Shown: positions 24,116 through 35,952 of the stretch, in pieces
How the letters are laid out: each line of letters begins with the position of its first letter
How positions within the stretch are numbered: the first letter of the stretch is position 1
Assembly (NCBI RefSeq): GCF_902652985.1
Contig: NC_047025.1
Span: 40,920,001 to 40,984,000 of the forward strand
Length of the DNA: 64,000 nt
Direction of reading: 5' to 3'
Source: Pecten maximus
Taxonomy: Eukaryota
Translations under genes and position numbers: made by a program
The notes under the pieces: generated by a model
Databases searched by the model: none
Told to the model about the DNA's origin: nothing
Seen by the model: only the letters and a program-made list of their open reading frames with translations

Positions 24116-24200
24116 ATGACCACTGTTTTGAAAACGGGTATCAGCATATTTCGACCATCTGCAGTGTCCCCGTACCGCCCCATCCTACAGACTGTGTTAG
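24116..24200 (+). CDS. CHDH: CHDH-like copy 3, coding exon 1 (shortened presequence MTTVLKTGISIFRPSAVSPYRPILQTVL)
   Basis: CACCATG; homologous to exon 1 of copies 1 and 2 with an 11-codon deletion; phase-1 donor G|GTGTGT. Confidence 0.8.
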
Positions 24201-24458
24201 GTGTGTAGTGTACAGCTGATTGGTACAGAACAGATGTAGTATCTACCTATTCATATTTGTATTTGATTATTTTCAACTCGACATCGACAAAACCAGGGCA
24301 AACTACGAACAAACCAGAGCCCCACAGGACTTATCGACCACCCGAGTTCAGAAGTATACTGATAAATTATATTTTACTTTTAAAATAAGATTATCGCATC
24401 CCACCACGTGTCCTAGTAGAGAAAGGCTTGTTCATTTGAACAAACTTCATAGCTATTC

Positions 24459-24548
24459 CAATCTAATTAAAATCTAGATGGTCAATATCACTACGTTACA
24501 TGAACATCGTTCATGTAACGTAGTGATAATGACCATCTAGTTAGATTG
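24459..24548. mobile_element. 90-bp foldback MITE with 9-bp TSD TAGCTATTC (Mutator-like)
   Basis: CAATCTAA...TTAGATTG ends, near-perfect palindrome, TSD on both sides, empty site at about 38908-38917. Confidence 0.85.
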
Positions 24549-25196
24549 TAGCTATTCATACCAGGATACCCACCGACTAATGTTATAATACTAGGCATAT
24601 TAGTTTTTGGGAAATAGATTGGTGTCATTCATCACTGTATGTCATTGGCCTAATATCATTAAACTAGACTTTTTGTTTGGGTTGTTAAGAAATTATTTGA
24701 AAAAAATTGGCCGCTGTGGCCATGATAGAACTTTGACTTTGCTCTAGCATGCTACCGGCATGATACCAGGAATATGTGCCTCTTATTATTATCATTTTTT
24801 ATAAAATTATAGAGTTGCTTAAAAATATTAAGACATTTGACCCAAGTGCCATTGAAAGCAGGTCAATGTCAATTATTTGAACAGACTTGTTAGTCCTTCA
24901 TCCCAGTATCATACTGGCCCATTAGCATGACCCTGTGTCACTTGGCTATTGCGAAGTCGGTCATCTGACCTCCTGTGACTTTAAAAGTAGATCAAGGATT
25001 TTGGTAGCCCTACATCCAAGCATGCCGCTGACCAAAATTCATGACACTTTGTAGATTGTTTAAGGACGCGCGAAGCTGGACAAATGACGTTTAGAATAGT
25101 GCTCTTTAGACTTTGTCCTCAGGTGATCTGAAACCTAAATTTACATAGAGAAAATATGAACAGTTGAGTCGGACACGGAGGCGTGGTCTGTTTCAT

Positions 25197-25555
25197 TGCT
25201 CCGATAGCTTAGTCAGAGCGCCGACCACGTAACTTCAGGTGAGGTGGCAGCGATATTTAAGTCAGAACGCCGGACACGTAGCCTCAGGTGAGGGGGCTGC
25301 GATAGCTAGGTCAGAACGCCGGCCACGTAACCTCAGGTGAGGGGGCTGCGATAGCTAAGTCAGAACGCCGGCGACGTAACCTCGGGTGAGGGGGCTGCGA
25401 TAGCTAAGTCAGAACGCCGGCCACGTAGCCTCAGGCGAGGGGCCTGCGATAGCTAAGTCAAAACGCCGGCCACGTAACCTCAGGTGAGGGGGCTGCTATA
25501 GCTAAGTCAGAACGCCGGCCACGTAACCTCAGGTGAGGGGCCTGCGATAGCTTAT
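25197..25555 (+). repeat. 49-bp GC-rich tandem repeat x7 resembling a tRNA/SINE 5' head
   Basis: Unit GCGATAGCTAAGTCAGAACGCCGGCCACGTAACCTCAGGTGAGGGGGCT; first unit begins GCTCCGATAGCTTAGTCAGAGCG. Confidence 0.85.
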
Positions 25556-25951
25556 TCAGTTACAGCGCAAGACAAACATAAGAAACATTAGACTTAGAGG
25601 AGTTGAAATTGAAAGTCTCTGCTCTGTAACCTGTTCTGATAGGTTCCTCGATATAATCAGCTTTGTATGAAAACAAACAATAAGGACACCAAGAGATGGG
25701 CGGTTTGTTCCCAAATAAATATCTTTCGTCAGCAATGATGCAGAAATTAAACTCTCACGATTTCATCCTCGACGTACTTCCTGGGTCCGTCCATCTTTCT
25801 AAGAAGGCGTTCCTTAAGTTTGGAATGGGATATGTTAGTGTAAAGATTTGAAATGATTTATATGAACAATGATTTTATTATATATGTAGCTATGCTATCA
25901 AATAATTGATATAGTTACAACAGAACGAGAATTGTCAATGATATATTATAT

Positions 25952-26799
25952 AAATAGAGGTTACACAACGAGTGATGTTGGATATGGAATTTATTTCACA
26001 CGAGTAATTTATTCTTGTTTTTTGCAACTTTTTAAAAATAACTTACGAGTGTGAAATAAATTCCATATCCAACAATTTCGAGTCGTATGACCTGTTTCAT
26101 TTCGCGTATGCGTAAATAAAGTGTACCGGTGACGTCCGGGACCCGTTGATGTGACGTCATTAGATTATTGATGACGTCAATAACAAATGCAGCTTGGGTC
26201 AAAGTTCACCGTGTTAGCCAATCAAAATGCGCACAAAGTTTATACCACGTGTGGTATAAACAGATTGTTAATCAACAGCTGTAATGATTAACTGATGATC
26301 TGAGAGTTGAATAACACAGGGTATTGTGGTAGAAATAGAGGTTACACAACGAGTGGTTGTTGGATATGGAATTTATTTCACACGAGTAAGTTATTTTTTT
26401 AAAGTTACAAAAGACACGAGCTTTAGCGAGTGTTTTTTGCAACTTTTAAAAAATATCTTACGAGTGTGAAATAAATTCCATATCCAACAATTTCGAGTCG
26501 TTTGACCTGTTTCTACCACAATAATATCGGCTTGAATCAAAGGGAAACGTGGACAAGTATAATGTCACGTATGCAAATAAAGTGTACCGGTGACGTCCGG
26601 GACCCGGTGATGTGACGTCTTTAGATTATTGATGACGTCAATAACAATTGCAGCTTGGGTCAAAGTTCACCGTGTTAACCAATCAAAATGCGTACAGAGT
26701 TTATACCACGTGTGGTATAAACAGATTGTTAATCAACAGCTGTAATGATTAACTGATGGTCTGAGAGTTGAATAACACAGGGTATTGTGGTAGAAATAG
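25952..26799. mobile_element. Family D Crypton-like non-autonomous element, head-to-tail dimer bounded by AAATAG
   Basis: AAATAG at 25952, 26333 and 26794; internal long palindrome; homologous empty site TATAAATAGTGTTT at about 15127-15140. Confidence 0.75.
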
Positions 26800-26918
26800 T
26801 GTTTATAGACAAGAAAAGTAATATATTTTTCTCGTTTGAAAATTCTGACGTTATGTTTTAATTCTTTGCATTAAAAGATTCCCATTTAACTCAATATTTT
26901 GTTTCGGTGTGTTACCAG

Positions 26919-28777
26919 GTGTAGGGTCTACGGTGTGTGTCACAGACTTGCTTGTACCCACAGCAGATCATATGATTGACCATATCAAGGAGGATTCGCT
27001 AGTCTGTTCCATTAAACAAATGATCAATCCAGGTACAAAACCAGGTGTTGTCACTTTCCATTGCCGACAGTTCAGCACCACCTGTCAAGTGAGGCCAACT
27101 TTCTCCAGCAGTATACAGGTGAGAAATGCCTCCACGGTATCAGGATCCACCTACGACTACGTCATCATTGGTGCTGGCTCGGCTGGCTGTACTCTTACCA
27201 ATCGGCTGTCAGCTGACCCTAACAACAAGGTGTGTGTTCTGGAGGCTGGTCCAAAAGACTACACCTGGAAGATCCACATGCCTGCTGCCCTTAAATACAA
27301 CCTGCATAATGACAAGTATAATTGGTACTACCATACCGAACCAGAACCACACATAAACAACCGTGTCATATATTGGCCACGAGGACGTGTCTGGGGAGGA
27401 TCGTCTTCACTCAATGCCATGGTGTACGTGCGAGGCAATGCCGGTGATTATGACGGATGGGAAAAGGCTGGAGCAAAAGGATGGTCATATGCAGATTGCT
27501 TGCCATACTTTAAAAAATCCCAAACCCATGAACTTGGAGAAAATGACTACCGAGGGGGTGACGGTCCACTTAATGTGGCACGTGGTAGAAGCAACAACCC
27601 GCTGCATCAGGCCTTTATAGAGGCAGGTCAGCAGGCCGGCTTCCCTTTTACAGACGACATGAACGGCTACCAACAGGAGGGCGTGGGGTGGATGGACATG
27701 ACCATTCACAAAGGTCGACGCTGGAGTGCTGCCATGGCCAGCCTCAGGCCCGCACTAAAACGTGACAATGTGACAGTGGAATCTAACGCACTGTCAACCA
27801 GGATTGTGTTTGAGAACAAGAGAGCCGTCGGTGTAGAGTATGAACAGAAGGGTGTTAAACAGATTGTACGAGCAGAGAAGGACGTGATTCTGAGTGGAGG
27901 TTCAATCAACTCTCCTCAGCTCCTCATGTTGTCGGGTGTGGGCAATGCAGATGAACTTAAGGCATTGGGCATTCCTGTGGTTCAACACTTGCCTGGTGTT
28001 GGGGAGAACCTCCAGGACCATTTCAATGTTACTGTACAGGAAACATGTAAGCTACCTATCACTCTCTATTCTGCTCAGTGGAAGTTCCCTCACAACATGA
28101 TCCGCATAGGGCTGCAGTGGTTCCTCACCCAGAAAGGTGATGGAGCAACCTCCCACTTTGAGAGTGGTGGATTTGTCCGAAGTGAAGAAGGCCTTCAGTA
28201 CCCCGACATCCAGTTCCATTTTAAACCTGGTTCCACGAATAACTACGGTGACGAACATGCATACCAGCTCCAAGCAGGACATATGCATGCTACAAGCAGG
28301 GGTTGTATAAAACTTAAATCCAGCAATCCCAGAGATCATCCAAAGATCCTAGCTAACTACCTGTCTACAGAAAAGGATGTGAAGATATTGAGAAACAGTC
28401 TTAAAATCATCAGGGAAGTGCTTAAACAGAAAGCGTTTGATCCTTTCCGTGCTGGTCGGGAACTATCGCCTGGACCCGAATGTCAAACAGATGCTGAAAT
28501 TGATGCATTTAACCGTGCTAATGGAACCACCGACTATCATCCGTCATGTACATGTAAAATGGGATCGGAGAGTGACCCATTGGCTGTGGTGGATTCTCAA
28601 ACACGTGTTCTAGGTGTTGATAACCTCAGAGTTGTTGATGCCTCTATCATGCCAAATATCATTACTGGGAATCTTAATGGCCCTACAATCATGCTGGCTG
28701 AGAAGGCCGCTGATATCATCCTAGGCAACAAACCACTGCCTCGGTCTACGGCACCTGTGTACAAACACAAGGTATAG
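26919..28777 (+). CDS. CHDH: CHDH-like copy 3, exon 2 (HAD-less; 647 aa spliced protein)
   Basis: Intact GMC ORF 26909-28777; TTACCAG|GT acceptor in frame with exon 1. Confidence 0.92.
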
Positions 28778-28871
28778 ATTGTGGAAAGACGTTTCTATAG
28801 TTCCAGTCAGCTATTCCAAGGTTAATGGAAAGGCTTGTGATCTATGTTTTTCATATTTAGTTTTTTTTATT

Positions 28872-28968
28872 CGAGTGGCACATCGGTAACACCCTTGTCT
28901 TTCACCTTCGCGAAAGGGGTTCGACTCCCTGATCGGATGTTAAAAGGTATTGGGGTAATCTGGGCCTA
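28872..28968 (+). mobile_element. Decayed tRNA-derived SINE head
   Basis: Box A-like TGGCACATCGGT and box B GGTTCGACTCC; diverged mirror copy at about 35755-35848. Confidence 0.45.
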
Positions 28969-29397
28969 CAGACGAAATCAATATTCCCTTATATAACTTG
29001 CTTTGCAAAATTAATATCAATAAAATTTGAATATTTGTACATTTAGCTTGATTATGTAGTAGTACCTTGCAGAACAAGATATTTCAATGATTCTAAAATT
29101 ACAACATTTAAATTATTGATTTATCAAAGCAATATTTCCTTTTCACAATTTTCATTTTACTTTCTATCGATACCTTGGTATCAAGATTAACTTGGCAAGC
29201 GTTCTTTCGTGTGTGATACTATTAAGGTTGTCACTGCCTGGCCTTAAAGGAAATGGGTAGATACTATTATTTTACATAATCTTTATTCGAAATTAGGTAT
29301 AATGATAAATGTTTTGTTATTGAATGTGTCGCTTTAAAGTTTACAATTGATAATGTAATTAAAATTAAAACTAGAGATAGGAGTCGATATAATCGGA

Positions 29398-29573
29398 ATT
29401 TTATTGCATTTTGTGAAATATAGAAAATTATCCGAGTAATAAAACTAATATTTTCACTGCAGCGATGAGCATGACAGAATATTTCGATATTCGCACTCGT
29501 GAAAATATCGATATTCTGTCATACTCGTGAAAGATATGTTATATTAAACGGGAAACCATTCAATATCCTCTAT
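29398..29573. mobile_element. Internally deleted family A element
   Basis: Both family A ends joined directly. Confidence 0.7.
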
Positions 29574-30211
29574 TTATTGTTTGTGCAGTGACTGTGCTGG
29601 ATCTGACCGCTCCTGGCCGGTTGTTTGGCAGTCAGCATCTGTTGTGTGTTTCCGAGAGTAAATGTGCAACATGTGATGAACATGTGATGAACATGTTATG
29701 AACACGTGATGACATGTCGTTATGTAACGCAACATTGTATATATAGTATAGGGCTTTCTAGAAGTTTACGTATTATCGGCCAAACTCACAGATGAGTGAC
29801 CGAATTTGAATATTGAATTGTCCATGTAATAATATGTAACGTTATGTAAATAGCCCCGGGTGTATTTGGTGGGATGTGTCGCCATCACACCTGGTGCTGC
29901 ATAAACAATTGGCGCCAGGATTAGGTAGATTGAGGCTAAAAATGGTTCAATTTGACAGAATCTTGATGTGGTTGGGTCATTCGGATCAACCATTGTTCTA
30001 TGGGTGTAGCGTCGTAGTAACCCAGGTTTGGTCGTGCCCATGAATACAGGAGCAGATTGCTGCTCGTCGCACTTGGCCTCCGGGGACAGACCAGAACGTA
30101 ACCACTACGCCGCTACAACATCAACTTGGGAACTGAACGGAAGTCGAACATTGAAGAAAACTAAAGAAAAGAATATCAAACCTGGGACTCCTTTGTCATC
30201 ATTTGACCACA

Positions 30212-30473
30212 GGCATTGAACGTGTTTTTCATCTCATGCATACGTGTCACCCTGTTGCGCGAATCACAGGCGTTTGAAGTTCTGACTGTAAATCGAGATA
30301 TCATACCATATAAAAAATATGGGTATTTACTTTACCTGTCCTTTTTTTTAGTAAATACCCTAATCTTTATATGGTGTTAAAATATATCTCAATTTACAGT
30401 CAGAACATCAAACGCCTGTGATTCGCGCAACAGGGTGACGCGTATGCATGATATGAAAAACATGTTCAATGCT
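30212..30473. mobile_element. About 260-bp foldback MITE
   Basis: About 120-bp imperfect inverted arms GCATTGAAC...GTTCAATGC around a 20-nt spacer. Confidence 0.75.
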
Positions 30474-30958
30474 TGCTTTCCTGGTGTTGCATCTCAGGCC
30501 TCTAGATTGGCTTTAGCCCGAGTTTCCTCCTCTGGCCGAGTAATTGCACTACTCCCACCAATTTTAGCACAGAAACTGTGGAACTGCTTAACAGTTTTAG
30601 AATCTTTCTCTGATTTAAGAGGTAATGTCACCCGCCACAACACCAAGCTTAAACGCAAATGGTATTGGTCATAGAGTAACGGACCATCTGGCACTGTTTT
30701 GCGAACTTAGTCATCATTGCATTTGTCTAGCACATTTCAGCTATAAGGTACATTATTATGCTAGCAGCCAAGTAACCCAGCACAATCCAACAAAGCAACG
30801 CCTAGATATCTCAAGATCGGGCTTCCCTTACGTCCTTCTCATAGGACTTTTATGCCCAAGTCTGCATTACAGCTTCATGTGCAATCAGAACACCCTTCTA
30901 CTCTTTCAGGGCTTTGAAGCAGTAGGATCCATATTGACAAGGATACACGTAACCACTT

Positions 30959-31980
30959 AAACAAGAGATCCCAGAGGGATCTTGGCGCCCACTATTGAAT
31001 GATCTGTATAGGTTCCGTGTCAGATTGATCTTTTCTCTACTTTTCCCTTCCTCTAAGTCTTACTAATCTGTGTAAATTCAGAAACAGCCCTCTAGTACTT
31101 TTCAAACAAGGGGAACCTATATATAAAATTTAAGATTTAGTGATAATGGCTGTCAGTCGGCGATGTTGTTTTCGGATTGTCCTAAAATGCAATACCAGGG
31201 ACCAAGGGGAACCTACATATGAAATTTGAGAAAAATCCCTTCAGTTCCATCTGTAAAATAGCGATAACAAACTTCAATTGTCAAAATACAAGATGGCTGC
31301 CTGTCAGCCAGGTTGTTTTTTGACTGGCCTCAAAATCCAATATAGATAACTAGGCACAGAGGGCAACCTACAAATGAAATTTCAGAAAGATCCTTTCAGT
31401 ACTTTCTGAGAAATAGCGATAACAAACTTCAATTGTCAAAATTCAAGATGGCTGCCTGTCAGCCATGTTGTTTTCCGATTGGTCTGAAAATGCAATATGC
31501 ATAACTATGCACCGAGGGGAACCTACATATGAAATTTGAGAAAGATCCCTTCATCAGTTTCTAAGAAATAGCGATAACAAACTTCAATTGTCAAAATCCA
31601 AGATGGCTGCCTGTCGGCCATGTTGTTTTCCGATTAGTATCAAAATGCAATATGCATAACAACGCACCAAGGGAAAACTATATATGAAATTTGAGAAAGA
31701 TCCCTTCATTACTTTCTGAGAAATAGCGATAACAAACTTCAATTGTCAAAATTCAAGATGGCTGCCTGTCGGCCATGTTGTTTTCCGATTGGTCTCAAAA
31801 TGCAATATGCATAACTAGGCACCAAGGGGAACCTATATATGAAATTACAGAAAGATCCCTTCATTACTTTCTGAGAAATAGCGATAACAAGAATTGTTTA
31901 CGGACGGAGGGACGGACCACGGACCACGGACGCAGGGCGATTTGAATAGCCCACCATCTGATGATGGTTGGGCTAAAAAA
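30959..31980. mobile_element. HINE (non-autonomous Helentron) with 155-bp internal tandem array
   Basis: AACAAG start, repeats at 31261, 31416, 31571 and 31726, (GGAC)n microsatellite, 3' hairpin AGCCCACCATC..GATGGTTGGGCT followed by an A run; absent from the right arm. Confidence 0.8.
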
Positions 31981-31984
31981 ATAA

Positions 31985-33575
31985 GTTGGGAGGTAATGAT
32001 GACCTTGTGTAGTATAGTGGGGAGGTATTAATGACCTTGTGTAATATAGATAGTGGGGAGGTAACGATGACCGTGTGTAATATAGTGGGGAGGTAATGAT
32101 GACCTTGTGTAATATAGATAGTGGGGACCTAATGATGACCTCGTGTAATATAGATAGTGGGGAGGTAATGATGACCTTGTGTAATATAGATAGTGGGGAG
32201 GTAATGATGACCTTGTGTAATATAGTGGGGAGGTAATGATGACCTTGTGTAATATAGTGGGGAGGTAATGATGACCTTGTGTAATATAGATAGTGGGGAG
32301 GTAATGATGACCTTGTGTAATATAGATAGTGGGGAGGTAATGATGACCTTGTGTAATATAGATAGTGGGGAGGTAATGATGACCTTGTGTAATATAGATA
32401 GTGGGGAGGTAATGATGACCTTGTGTAATATAGATAGTGGGGAGGTAATGATGACCTTGTGTAATATAGATAGTGGGGAGGTAATGATGACCTTGTGTAA
32501 TATAGTGGGGAGGTAATGATGACCTTGTGTAATATAGATAGTGGGGAGGTAATGATGACCTTGTGTAATATAGATAGTGGGAGGTAATGATGACCTTGTG
32601 TAATATAGATAGTGGGGAGGTAATGATGACCTTGTGTAATATAGATAGTGGGGAGGTAATGATGACCTTGTGTAATAGATAGTGGGGAGGTAATGATGAC
32701 CTTGTGTAATATAGATAGTGGGGAGGTAATGATGACCTTGTGTATATAGATAGTGGGGAGGTAATGATGACCTTGTGTAATATAGATAGTGGGGAGGTAA
32801 TGATGACCTTGTGTAATATAGATAGTGGGGAGGTAATGATGACCTTGTGTATATAGATAGTGGGGAGGTAATGATGACCTTGTGTAATATAGTGGGGAGG
32901 TAATGATGACCTTGTGTAATATAGATAGTGGGGAGGTAATGATGACCTTGTGTAATATAGTGGGGAGGTAATGATGACCTTGTGTAATATAGTGGGGAGG
33001 TAATGATGACCTTGTGTAATATAGATAGTGGGGAGGTAATGATGACCTTGTGTAATATAGATAGTGGGGAGGTAATGATGACCTTGTGTAATATAGATAG
33101 TGGGGAGGTAATGATGACCTTGTGTAATATAGTGGGGAGGTAATGATGACCTTGTGTATATAGATAGTGGGGAGGTAATGATGACCTTGTGTAATATAGA
33201 TAGTGGGGAGGTAATGATGACATTGTGTAATATAGTGGGGAGGTAATGATGACCTTGTGTAATATAGTGGGGAGGTAATGATGACCTTGTGTAATATAGA
33301 TAGTGGGGAGGTAATGATGACCTTGTGTAATATAGATAGTGGGGAGGTAATGATGACCTTGTGTAATATAGATAGTGGGGAGGTAATGATGACCTTGTGT
33401 AATATAGTGGGGAGGTAATGATGACCTTGTGTAATATAGTGGGGAGGTAATGATGACCTTGTGTAATATAGATAGTGGGGAGGTATGATGACATTGTGTA
33501 ATATAGTGGGGAGGTAATGATGACCTTGTGTAATATAGTGGGGAGGTAATGATGACCTTGTGTAATATAGATAGT
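31985..33575 (+). repeat. 36/32-bp minisatellite (GGGGAGGTAATGATGACCTTGTGTAATATAGATAGT)
   Basis: About 45 copies, two length variants. Confidence 0.97.
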
Positions 33576-33968
33576 GTTACAGGTGTGGGTATATATAATC
33601 CAATGCCACTTTGTTGTTCATGGTAGTTTTATTATCCATTAATAAAACCCTACAATTACAAGAAATACTAATCATACACACATACATACTAAACTACAGA
33701 CATGACAATCAAGGGACATAACTCTTACATGTAACATATTTGAACCGATAACAAAGAGATGGCACAATTTCTGTTATAAATACGTTAACAGAACCAAATA
33801 CTAATACATTTATGTTTTTAGAATACACATATCGATAACTAGAATATATCAAACTAGTTATTCACCATTTAGACACAATAGATATACAAATATCAAATTA
33901 GGAAATTATCCCTACCTTTATCACTTACATTACTATTAATATATATAAAACATTGGTAATTTCCTGGA

Positions 33969-34468
33969 NNNNNNNNNNNNNNNNNNNNNNNNNNNNNNNN
34001 NNNNNNNNNNNNNNNNNNNNNNNNNNNNNNNNNNNNNNNNNNNNNNNNNNNNNNNNNNNNNNNNNNNNNNNNNNNNNNNNNNNNNNNNNNNNNNNNNNNN
34101 NNNNNNNNNNNNNNNNNNNNNNNNNNNNNNNNNNNNNNNNNNNNNNNNNNNNNNNNNNNNNNNNNNNNNNNNNNNNNNNNNNNNNNNNNNNNNNNNNNNN
34201 NNNNNNNNNNNNNNNNNNNNNNNNNNNNNNNNNNNNNNNNNNNNNNNNNNNNNNNNNNNNNNNNNNNNNNNNNNNNNNNNNNNNNNNNNNNNNNNNNNNN
34301 NNNNNNNNNNNNNNNNNNNNNNNNNNNNNNNNNNNNNNNNNNNNNNNNNNNNNNNNNNNNNNNNNNNNNNNNNNNNNNNNNNNNNNNNNNNNNNNNNNNN
34401 NNNNNNNNNNNNNNNNNNNNNNNNNNNNNNNNNNNNNNNNNNNNNNNNNNNNNNNNNNNNNNNNNNNN
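33969..34468. other. Assembly gap (500 N) at the mirror axis
   Basis: N run. Confidence 1.
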
Positions 34469-35108
34469 ACACAAGGTCATCATTACCTCCCCACTATCTA
34501 TATTACACAAGGTCATCATTACCTCCCCACTATCTATATTACACAAGGTCATCATTACCTCCCCACTATCTATATTACACAAGGTCATCATTACCTCCCG
34601 ACTATCTATATTACACAAGGTCATCATTACCTCCTCACTATCTATATTACACAAGGTCATCGTTACCTCCCCACTATATATATTACACAAGGTCATCATT
34701 AGTTCCCCACTATCTATATTACACAAGGTCATCATTACCTCCCCACTATCTATATAACACAAGGTCATCGTTACCTCCCCACTATATAACACAAGGTCAT
34801 CATTACCTCCCCACTATATATATTACACAAGGTTATCATTACCTCCCCACTATCTATATTACACAAGGTCATCATTACCTCCCCACTATCTATATTACAC
34901 AAGGTCATCATTACCTCCCCACTATCTATATTACACAAGGTCATCATTACCTCCCCACTATATAACACAAGGTCATCATTACCTCCCCACTATCTATATA
35001 ACACAAGGTCATCGTTACCTCCCCACTATATAACACAAGGTCATCATTACCTCCCCACTATATATATTACACAAGGTTATCATTAGGTTCTCACTATCTA
35101 TATTACAT
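34469..35108 (-). repeat. 36/32-bp minisatellite, reverse orientation, running into the gap
   Basis: Reverse complement of the 31985-33575 unit. Confidence 0.95.
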
Positions 35109-35952
35109 AAGCTCCATAAGAAGGACGTAAGGGAAGCCCGAATATACTGGATTACTGGGCTATTAGCGTATGTACCTTATATCAAACCTGAAATGTGCTA
35201 GAAAAATGCAATGATGACTATGCACGTTACAGAAGTTCGCAAAACTGTCAAATTGTGCGTTACTCTATGACCCATACTATTTTCGTTCATGCTGGGTAGT
35301 GTGGCGGGTCACGTTACCTCTTAAATCAGAGAAAGATTCTGGAACTGTTAAGCTTTTCTACGGTTTCTGCGCTAAAATTGGTGGCAGTAGTTGAATTACA
35401 CTTTCACAACAGGTTTGGACATGAAGAAACATTCAATGTAGGATCCCTAACAAATTCAGAATTAAATGAATCATATTTGCACGCACGATTCACAAGCCAA
35501 CCCAGAGACCGGAGATGAAATGGCTAAAATTGATAATCGAAGAAGCACCAGGAAAGAAAGCATTGAATACGATTTTCGTCTCGTGAACAAGAAATGATGC
35601 TTGCCATGTTTAAGCTTGATGCCAAGGTACCGATAGAAAGTAAAACGAGAATTATGAAAATGAAATATTGCTTAGCAAGCTAAATGTAAAAAAATTATTT
35701 ATATTTCAAAAATAGCAAAACAGGTTATATCAGCTTAAATTGATTTCTCTTGTCGGCCCAGATTACCCCAATACCTTTTTCATCCGATAAGGTAGTCGAA
35801 CCCCTTCCGCTTAGGTAAAAGGCAAAATTTTTACCACTGTGCCATCCAAATAAAAGATGTACATGAATCGCAAACTTTTCCATTCATATCCTTTACCCTT
35901 CAATACTAGCTAGTAGTAGCTGATTTGAACTATAAAGATGTCTTTCCACAAC

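Larger units (their letters stand above)
10368..33575 (+). repeat. Left arm of a large duplication (CHDH copies 2 and 3); mirror of 34469-54557
   Basis: Collinear reverse-complement similarity of exons, introns, TEs and satellites. Confidence 0.9.

Noticed and set aside
28872-28935. Possible tRNA gene
   Set aside because: A and B boxes present but no consistent cloverleaf and the mirror copy is diverged; treated as a SINE remnant.
32028-34968. Long ORFs (488, 364 aa and others) with repetitive peptides
   Set aside because: Translations of the 36-bp minisatellite; no coding evidence.
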